A stretch of DNA of 64,000 bases from Eledone cirrhosa (lineage: Eukaryota): NCBI GenBank assembly GCA_964016885.1, contig OZ024758.1:23436001-23500000 (forward strand), written 5' to 3'. Each line of letters opens with the position of its first letter. Position 1 is the first letter of the stretch. This document shows positions 12,201-23,500 of the stretch, in pieces. Below the pieces are notes generated by a model, which was not told where the DNA came from, made no database searches, and saw only the letters and a program-made list of their open reading frames with translations. Position numbers and translations under genes: made by a program.

Positions 12201-15200
12201 TGTTTTCAAAATAAATGACATCAAAATCTCATAGATTCAATATTATGTAAAAATGAAAGGCAGATTGTATGATGTTTGTATGCGAACAGCATTGTTACAT
12301 GGGCATTGTGTGCAGAGGACCTGCGCAGACTGGAAAGGAACAAAGCATGCATGAACGGCAAAACATAAATGAACTAAGTGAGAAATTAGGAATAAGAGGG
12401 ATCAGATGCTGTTTACTTGAGAGAAGATTACGTTGATATTGTCACGTGATGCGCATGAAAGATGACAGCTGTATAAAAAAGTGCAGTGTGATCAAAATTG
12501 ACGGAAGTTACGGAGTAAGTAGATCCAGAAAAACCTGGGATGACATGATAAATTCCGACTTTACACACTTGCACCTCTCTAAGACAATGTCACTGAATCG
12601 AGATCTCTGGCACCACGTAGTAATACAGAAGACCCGCCTTCCCTACGTACAAAGTTAACCTACAGTCAGTAGGTCCCTCCAAACCAAACATACACTCTAA
12701 CCCACTACCCCTATTGCATCCTTCCACTCCAACCAACACCACCCGTTCTCTATAAATTTATGTTGGTACCACAACATCCAGTCCAAACTAATGAGGTTGT
12801 GTAGGTGTCACGACAAAAAAAAAAACACACAGTCCACGCTGTAAAGTGGTGTAGGTAACATGGTAAAAACCTCCCAGTCCATACTGTAAATGTGGTTGGT
12901 GTTAGGAAGGGCATCCAGCCGTAGAAAACCTGCCAGATAGTCCTATACGAGCAAGACATGGTCACCCGACCAATCTTGCCTCAAGTGGGACAACTCCCAT
13001 CTAACCCATGCTAGCGTGGAAGATAGACGTTAAACGATGATGATGATGATGATGAAAGCCTTTACCATGAAAATACTATAGTAAATAGAGCAATGTAAAT
13101 GCTAAAGGGCTAAAGCAACATTTCCCTAGCTACATACCAAGTCCTGCAGTCCTGTATGTAAATAACTGAATTTGAAGAATTATCCATTCCTTAATAAAAA
13201 CAAATGTAAATCTATTTCAAATATTGGGATTCCTTACTTTGAATTTTTTTTTTTTAATTATTTTTGTAGATCAAAAAAAAGAATTAAACTTCAAAAAGAA
13301 GCCAAAAACATGCCAAAAGCACAGCGAGATGCCAAAGTTCATGATCTTCATAAAAGAATTCGGGTATTTATTATTTTATTTGTCTATGCTTTCATGTGTT
13401 CTCCTTCACTTAGATGTAACCCTTAGCAGTATTCCCCTGGTAAAACTGTTTTATATCCAACCATGCTTTAATCTCTTTACATAATTTCTAGGTCCAGATG
13501 GCATCTCAACTATTACTTTAAAAAACATTTTAATGTGACCTAGAATTCCTCTTCTACTCAAATTATTCAACATTTCCTGTCTCTACAAGTATCAAAACAA
13601 CAATCATGAGAACATGGAATTGTACATCCTCTGCACTCACCTAAAAATGCTCTGAGATATACAGGGGTGGGGTGGGGTTCACCTGCTGAGGCCCTAAGCA
13701 AATTTGAGGGCCTTTCTCTAAAAATTATAATTATTATTTTTTATATTAATGTTAATGATAAAGAATAAATATATATATATATGTATATGACATTAAATCA
13801 AAGATCGATTAACATATATATATAAAATAAACACATCAAACAATTACAGGGGATATATGATATATCCCCTGTAATTGTTTGATGTGTTTATTTTATATAT
13901 ATATATATGTCAATCGATTTTTAATTTAATGTTAATAAATGCTCAGATTTATTCCTTAGAATCTTTGAGCTTATTCTACAGGTGGTATGGTGCATGTTTC
14001 TGATATTCTCAGACATGACATCGTTAATTTCATTTTGGTAGTAGACTTGGATGATGATAATCATCATCATCATCATCATCATCATCCAAGTCTACAACTT
14101 CTTCACGAGTGCCACCAAATTATACATAACATCCATTCAGTAACAAAACTGTAGCGGGTATTCATTCATTCATTTCATTTTACGTCCGCTTTTTCCCTGC
14201 TTGCACGGGTGGGACGGGAACTAATTCTGGCTTGATTTCTACAGCTGGATGCCCTTCCTAACACCAACCTCATTTACAGTGAGTGCTGGGTGCTTTTTTG
14301 CCGTGGCACCTCCACGACCACTTTACAGTGGAATGATAGGGACCCCACTCCCTATCATCTCATTTCTACAGCTGAGTAAACTGGAGCAATGTGAAATAAA
14401 GTGTCTTGCCCAAGGAAACAACACATCGCCCGGTCTGAGAATTGAACTCACAACCTTTCGATTGTAAGGACAATGCTCTAACCACTAAACCACGTGCCTC
14501 CATTCTATTATTATATATGGTATTTTAGTGCAAGGACTAACATTATATAGAACTTCCTTCCCTTGAGTTATTACTACATTCAGTATTGTCCAATCTTTTA
14601 AATCCAAAATTAACAAGACCTATATTCCATCTCTTCCTCCATCACTGTATTCCATAAGACCCTTCAGAAAGCCATGACCATCCACTTTAGATTCAATGAT
14701 TTAAAAAAAAAAAACCCCCACGTACAAAGATCTGCTAAAACGTTCGTGGGTTGACCAAGATACTCTCATGGGGTGACCAAATAAGGTTTTAATTTTCAAA
14801 ATAGTCTCTGGAAAGAAACAATGCAGTTATTAATAAGAAGAGTTTAAATTAATGCATGTAAGATTTCACAGCTCTAGCATCACTTTTCAGCCAACTCTTG
14901 TATAAATTCTCCTAAATTATGCTATGCCACTTAAATGCATGATTTTCAAACTATTCCATTCTCTCATCCTGCGTTGTGTTGTCATAATTCCATTTCTATT
15001 CCATTATCTTGTAGTCTGTGTCAAATGAATGCAGTCAAATAGGAGACAACCGTCCTTTATCATTCTGTCAGTTTAGTCCAGATTCAACCATGCTTGCTGT
15101 GGCATCTTGGTAAGTTGACAAAATTCTTCTTCCCTAGCAGTAAAGATTTCATTTCCTGTTTTTTTTTTTGTTTTTTTTATATATATATTTTTTCTTCGTA

Positions 15201-16791
15201 TTATCAGGTGTGGGGTTGTTTTTATAAATTAGGATATTATCTGAACAATGTTTTATATAGTTATATGTCTGGTCAGTCTCCTCTGTGTCACTTTTGAGCT
15301 GACTTTTGGGATGCTCCCATACAGCTCTGAGTTTTTCATCCTCAGTGTATACTGATTAATGTTCAGAGCCATCCTCAACATTCTCGTGTAGCACCCATCC
15401 ACCATCTGAGTGAGTTTCTTGGTCAGTGTCCAAGTCTCAGACCCATACAGCAGCACAGACTCCACTACAGTTGACATTGCACTCAGTGCTCCTTTGGGAG
15501 CCCCTACATGGACACACTAGAAGAGGAAGACCAAGGTTAACGTATGTTGATGCCCTAAGGACAGACACTGGTCTGTTGGAGACGCAGGACATGGCAGCGA
15601 TAATGAGGAACAGAGACCGCTGGAGAGAACTCGTCCATGGATCTCGGGAATTTTACCCGCCTTAGAGAGATATGTCTGCTCAGGAATAGAATTTATTGTG
15701 ACCAGACAGGCTATGATCAGAATGTTAACCTCAGTTTTTTAATAACCAAGACAATGTCACTGGACCGAGACCTTTGGCGGTACTCAGTAATAGAGAAGAC
15801 CCGCCTTACCTAAATACAAAGTAAAACCTACTACAGTCAGTAGGCATCTCTAACAGAATACACCCCCGCCCCACCACCCCACCCCATCCACACCGCCCCT
15901 TTCAATGTAAAGTTATGTTGGTGCCACACCATCCAGGCCGAAACAAATGAGATCGTGTAGGTGTCACGACAAAAAAACACACAGTCCACGCTGTAATGTG
16001 GCCGTGTAGGCAACACGGTAAAAACCTCCCAGCCCCACACTGTAAATGTGGTTGGTGTTAGGAAGGGCATCCAGCTGTAGAAAACCCGCCAGACAGTCCT
16101 ATGCGAGCAATGACAACCACTCTTGCCTCAAGTGGGAAAACTCCCGTCCAAACCCATGCAAGCGTGGAACATGGACGTTAAACGATGATGATGATGATGA
16201 TGATGATGAACTTGATATGCTTGCCGATTGGGATGTTAGAGATATTGTATATATTTGAATATAAGCCACCCCACCCCACCCCACCCCACCTCACTATTTT
16301 ATGTTTGAGAAATGGGCAAAAATCCAAACCCCATTTATAAGCTGAGGCATCTAATCAACGAATTGTTTAGATGGCATATATACCGTATTTCCCGGCGCCA
16401 AAGACGCACCCTAATTTTGACAACCAAAAATTTGAAGAAAAAAAAATAAACAGCCTTCGGCCTCCAGGGCGCAGGGTCGATTTTTGAAACTTATTTTAGG
16501 GAAAAGTAGCGTCTTCAACGCCAGGAAATACGATAAATTGACCCCTCCTCCCACACCCATTTTACCCTCAATTTTTTGGTCACATATTCCTCAGTTTATA
16601 TTGGCGGTAAATGTTTAGACTATTTTGCAGTGGTATCTAACTTATAGCATAATGAAAACTGTGATTTTTAATTGGTTATGATAAATGGTGAGAAACTTAT
16701 CTGAAATATCAATTATCATTTGATTTTAGTGTTAATTTGCTTTCTATTATTATGTTTTTGACTTAATCTTTTTATTTTTGTGATTTAATTT

Positions 16792-16822
<31 letters not shown>

Positions 16823-18683
16823 TTTTTATTAAGGTCTGGTTTGTGTAAACTTTGGTCTGTCCCTGACTGCAGTTTGATCCGTACACTACGAGGTTTGTAA
16901 ATTCACCATCACTGTCATTGTCATCATTGTTTTTACATCTGCTTTGAACAAGACATTTTTGAAGCAGTTATTCTATTGCTCGATGCTAGCCCATACTTGA
17001 TTTTTAAAAATATATATATATATATATACTTAGGGTAAACATTGATGCAATTCAATTCAAGCACTCAACGTACTTATTCCACATAGGAGTGACGGAGTAA
17101 ATATCGAATAAGGAAAAGCAAAGTAGTTTCAGATGTTCAAGTCTTTTAATAATTGTTTCTACTTTTGGCACAAGGCCAGCAATTACCCAGTACATTACTG
17201 GTAATTTATTTTATCGACCCCTTATGGATGAAAGGCAAAGTTAACCTCGGCAGGATTTGAACTCAGATCATAAAGGGACGTAGTCTTTTAATAATAATGC
17301 TGTGATATATATCACAGCATTATTATTAAAAGACTTCGTCCCTTTATGATCTGAGTTCAAATCCCGCCGAGGTTAACTTCTGTTTTTTTATTGTTCTATG
17401 CACAAAACGTGTGTTTGTGTATGTATATATATATATATATAATCATCATATATATATATACATGATGATGATGATATATATATACATACATATATACATA
17501 CATACATGTATATATACTGTATATATATTTAATATAGAAATGGCCTCTACAGGATTAGAACAGGAAGCCCTAATGGTTAAGAAGGGTAGTAAGTACTAAA
17601 AGATATGTTTATCCTGGGTTCAATCGGGAGTGACCACAGTAAGTAAGGTACTCAATACATAGCAGAGTATGAATATTTAATATAGAAATGGCTTCCTGAT
17701 GATTTCTCCTGAATGAAACAGTTCTAGTCCTGTAGAAGCCATTTCTATATTATATATTAAATATTCATACTCTACTATGTAATGAGTACCTTACCTACTG
17801 TGGTTGCCCCTGATTGAACCCGGGATAAACTTTATATATATACATTTAGTCCTATATGAGTGAGACACGGTCACTTGACCAACCTTGCCTCTAGTGGGGC
17901 AACTCCCGTCTAACCCATGCTAGCGTGGAAAGTGGACGTTAAACGAAGATGATGATGATAATGATATATATATACATATGGGTGATGTGTTGTGTCCTTG
18001 AGCAAGACACTTTATTTCACATTGCTCCAGTTTACTCAGCTGTAGAAATGAGATGATAGGGACTGGGGTCCATATCATTCCACTGTAAAGTGGTCGTGAA
18101 GGAGCCACGGCAAAAAAGCACCCAGCCCACACTGTAAAGTAGTCGTGGAGGTGCCACAGCAAAAAAGCACCCAGCCCACACTGTAAAGTGGTCGTGGAGG
18201 TGCCACAGCAAAAAAGCACCCAGCCCACTGTAAAGTGGACGTGGAGGCGCCACGGAAAAAAAAGCACCCAGCACTCACACTGTAAATGAGGTTGGTGTTA
18301 GGAAGGGCATCCAGCTGTAGAAATCAAGCCAGAATCAGTTCCCGTCCCACCCTTGCAAGCAGGGAAAAGCGGACGTAAAATGATGATTGATTGATTGATA
18401 TATATAAAGAAGGTCAAAAGCAAATAGGCTAATCAAGAGGAGAGAAAGGTGATGAGTTATGCATATTACTAGTCTGTATAGAGAAGGTTAGTGTGCTCAA
18501 TGCATGTAGGTTGTTTGACTAGCAAGCCATGCGCTTAGATGGAAATAGAGAAAGTTTAACAATCGTATAATAAGCAGAGCAGAAAATCACATTTAAAATG
18601 GTGGAGAGAACAACAAAGATTTATGAATACATATTCATAAATCTGTGTTGTTCTCTCCAGTATTTTAAATATATATATATACA

Positions 18684-18720
<37 letters not shown>

Positions 18721-20525
18721 GGTGGCTGCCAACTCGTTTTCGAGTACGGCCACTACTTTATATCCATGTAGGAGAACCCCTACCAATGCGCTGAACGAGT
18801 GTGACTTTTTAGTCCAGCCAGCGACTTGAAAACTCTGGTACAAACACTACACTTGTGACAATTATTGACACATAGTGCTGGGCCCATGGTACCATGTGAG
18901 GACAAGTGCAGAGAGATCTCCAGATATAAAGCAATGCCTGTGCCGTGAAGCTTTTATAGTGAGCAAAGGCACTGCACAAAGCCAGTCCCACTCTCTTAAC
19001 CAAGATGATATTTACCAAAAAGAAGAACAAGTCAACATCATTGGATACCATCAGGGTTGCAGGTGTTATATCAGAGTTTTCCTTCTCCTAGAATTCTGCC
19101 TTGACAAAGTAATTTTGGATGGCCATTGACTCTTAAGAACTCTTTTGCCCTTTGACAGGTTTTGTTTTTAGTCCTTCAGGATGTCCAAAATCACCCTCAC
19201 CAAGAAACCTTGGTAGGGTTGCCAGTTTAGTCACCAACGACCCGACCATGAGACAGGTTGTACTGGGATACATGTTACATACATATATGTATACCTTACT
19301 CCATCCCCACTCCCAAAAACACCACCCTCTCTCTGTAAAGTTATGTTGGTACCACAACATCCAGTCCAAATTAAATGAGGTCGCGTAGGTGTCACGACAA
19401 AAAAAAACACACAGTCCACGCTGTAATGTGGCCGTGTAGGTAACACTGTAAACGTGGTTGGTGCTAGGAAGGGCATCCAGCCGTAGAAAACCTGCCAGAT
19501 AGTCCCATACCAGCGAGACGACCAATCTTGCCTCAACTGGGACAATTCCCGTCTAAACCCATGCTAGCGTGGAAGATAGACATTAGATGATGATGATGAT
19601 ATATATATGGAGGCATATGGCTTAGTGGTTAGAGCATTGACCTTGCAATCGAAAGGTTGTGAGTTCAATTTTCAGACCGGGTGATGTGTTGTTTCCTTGA
19701 GCAAGCCACTTTATTTCACATTTACTCAGCTGTAGAAATGAGATGATAGGGACTGGGATCCCTATCATTCCACTGCAAAGTGGTCGTGGAGGTGCCACGG
19801 CAAAAAAAGCACCCAGCACTCACTGAAAATGAGGTTGGTGGTAGGAAGGGCATCCAGCTGTAGAAATCAAGCCAGAATCAGTTCCCGTCCCACCCTTGCA
19901 AGCAGGGAAAAGTGGACTTTTAGCAGTATTAGTTGTTGATGCTATCGCCACTTTAGCGGGGTGGTAGAATCAGTGGTCGTTAGTTGCCAGTGTGGTAAGT
20001 GATAGTATCCTCGTTGGATTATCTTGTTGACATAGACGTGAGGGAAGGTCCCTCGATCTATTTTACCATCTATTTACAATATTCCTTTCGTCAGGTCGCC
20101 AATTCCAGCAGCATGGATTAAAGATGTCATTGAGACACGAGTAATATAACAACGACTTCAACCGCAGTAATTAGAGATGAAATGTTTGTTTATTTATATG
20201 GTTGAAGTTACAGATAAAAAGAGGTTACAAAAATGGAATGTGCCATTGCGCCGTTAAGCCGGCGAGGCTAGTGGTGCAATATCTCACTGTTACATTATGC
20301 GTGTTGCTGGCTCGAAGTTTCTGGTACAAGAGCGAGATTCTTCAAATCTTCGCGGTGAATTTCTTCCTCAGGGCGCGTAGGGATACATCCTCTTCTACTG
20401 GCGCTGATTGGCTGAACTGAGCCAAATCACGCACAGAGAATGTATGTGAGCCCGCGGAATGTAGGTCACTACAGACTTAAAATGATGATGATGATGATGA
20501 TATATATATATACACACACATATAA

Positions 20526-20560
<35 letters not shown>

Positions 20561-23500
20561 CACACACATATATATATATATATGAAACACAACTTCAGAA
20601 CAACAATTATTGTCATTGACATAATTTGTGATTCTATTTATTTACAGGTCATAATTGTAATGTGGGAGCAATTGTATTCCACCCTCAGGCGACCCTTTCT
20701 ATGGATGATGGCTCATGCTGTCTGGCATCGTGTGGACAAGACGGTACAGTAAAACTGTGGAACCTTATCAGGTAAATCTTTTCTTATAAAAATCTTCGTT
20801 ATCTACCTTTCATACCTTTCAATATAACTGACGCTCCGCCGGTTATGTCAGTGAATGGTTCCAGTTGATTCAGTCAACGGAACAGCCTACTCGTGAAATT
20901 AACCTATAGGTGGCTGAGTATTCCACAGACACACATACCTTTAATGTAGTTCTCAGGGAGATTCAGCAGGACACAGAATGTGACAAGGCTGGCCCTTTCA
21001 GTCAAAGGAACAGCCTACTCGTGAAATTAACCTATAGGTGGCTGAGTATTCCACAGACACGCATACCTTTAATGTAGTTCTCAGGGAGATTCAGCAGGAC
21101 ACAGAATGTGACAAGGCTGGCCCTTTCAGTCAACGGAACAGCCTACTCGTGAAATATTAACATATAGGTGGCTGAGTATTCCACAGACACGCATACCTTT
21201 AATGTAGTTCTCAGGGAGATTCAGCAGGACACAGAATGTGACAAGGCTGGCCCTTTCAGTCAAAGGAACAGCCTACTCGTGAAATTAACCTATAGGTGGC
21301 TGAGTATTCCACAGACACGCATACCTTTAATGTAGTTCTCAGGGAGATTCAGCAGGACACAGAATGTGACAAGGCTGGCCCTTTCAGTCAACGGAACAGC
21401 CTACTCGTGAAATTAACCTATAGGTGGCTGAGTATTCCACAGACACGCATACCTTTAATGTAGTTCTCAGGGAGATTCAGCAGGACACAGAATGTGACAA
21501 GGCTGGCCCTCTCAGTCAACGGAACAGCCTACTCGTGAAATTAACCTATAGGTGGCTGAGTATTCCACAGACACGCATACCTTTAATGTAGTTCTCAGGG
21601 AGATTCAGCAGGACACAGAATGTGACAAGGCTGGCCCTTTCAGTCAACAGAACAGCCTACTCGTGAAATTAATATATAGGTGGCTGAGTATTCCACAGAC
21701 ACGCATACCTTTAATGTAGTTCTCAGGGAGATTCAGCAAGACACAGAATGTGACAAGGCTGGCCCTTTCAGTCAACGGAACAGCCTACTCGTGAAATTAA
21801 TATATAGGTGGCTGAGTATTCCACAGACACGCATACCTTTAATGTAGTTCTCAGGGAGATTCAGCAAGACACAGAATGTGACAAGGCTGGCCCTTTCAGT
21901 CAACGGAACAGCCTACTCGTGAAATTAATATATAGGTGGCTGAGTATTCCACAGACACGCATACCTTTAATGTAGTTCTCAGGGAGATTCAGCAGGACAC
22001 AGAATGTGACAAGGCTGGCCCTTTCAGTCAAAGGAACAGCCTACTCATGAAATTAACATATAGGTGGCTGAGTATTCCACAGACACGCATACCTTTAATG
22101 TAGTTCTCAGGGAGATTCAGCAGGACACAGAATGTGACAAGGCTGGCCCTTTCAGTCAACAGAACAGCCTACTCGTGAAATTAACATATAGGTGGTTGAG
22201 TATTCCACAGACACGCATACCTTTAATGTAGTTCTCAGGGAGATTCAGCAGGACACAGAATGTGACAAGGCTGGCCCTTTCAGTCAAAGGAACAGCCTAC
22301 TCATGAAATTAACATATAGGTGGCTGAGTATTCCACAGACACGCATACCTTTAATGTAGTTCTCAGGGAGATTCAGCAGGACACAGAATGTGACAAGGCT
22401 GGCCCTTTCAGTCAACAGAACAGCCTACTCGTGAAATTAACATATAGGTGGTTGAGTATTCCACAGACACGCATACCTTTAATGTAGTTCTCAGGGAGAT
22501 TCAGCAGGACACAGAATGTGACAAGGCTGGCCCTTTCAGTCAACAGAACAGCCTACTCGTGAAATTAACATATAGGTGGTTGAGTATTCCACAGACACGC
22601 ATACCTTTAATGTAGTTCTCAGGGAGATTCAGCAGGACACAGAATGTGACAAGGCTGGCCCTTTCAGTCAAAGGAACAGCCTACTCATGAAATTAACATA
22701 TAGGTGGCTGAGTATTCCACAGACACGCATACCTTTAATGTAGTTCTCAGGGAGATTCAGCAGGACACAGAATGTGACAAGGCTGGCCCTTTCAGTCAAC
22801 AGAACAGCCTACTCGTGAAATTAACATATAGGTGGTTGAGTATTCCACAGACACGCATACCTTTAATGTAGTTCTCAGGGAGATTCAGCAGGACACAGAA
22901 TGTGACAAGGCTGGCCCTTTCAGTCAAAGGAACAGCCTACTCATGAAATTAACATATAGGTGGCTGAGTATTCCACAGACACGCATACCTTTAATGTAGT
23001 TCTCAGGGAGATTCAGCAGGACACAGAATGTGACAAGGCTGGCCCTTTCAGTCAAAGGAACAGCCTACTCGTGAAATTAACATATAGGTGGCTGAGTATT
23101 CCACAGACACGCATACCTTTAATGTAGTTCTCAGGGAGATTCAGCAGGACACAGAATGTGACAAGGCTGGCCCTTTCAGTCAACGGAACAGCCTACTCGT
23201 GAAATTAACATATAGGTGGCTGAGTATTCCACAGACACGCATACCTTTAATGTAGTTCTCGGGGAGATTCAGCAGGACACAGAATGTGACAAGGCTGGCC
23301 CTTTCAGTCAACGGAACAGCCTACTCGTGAAATTAACCTATAGGTGGCTGAGTATTCCACAGACACGCATACCTTTAATGTAGTTCTCAGGGAGATTCAG
23401 CAGGACACAGAATGTGACAAGGCTGGCCCTTTCAGTCAAAGGAACAGCCTACTCGTGAAATTAACATATAGGTGGCTGAGTATTCCACAGACACGCATAC

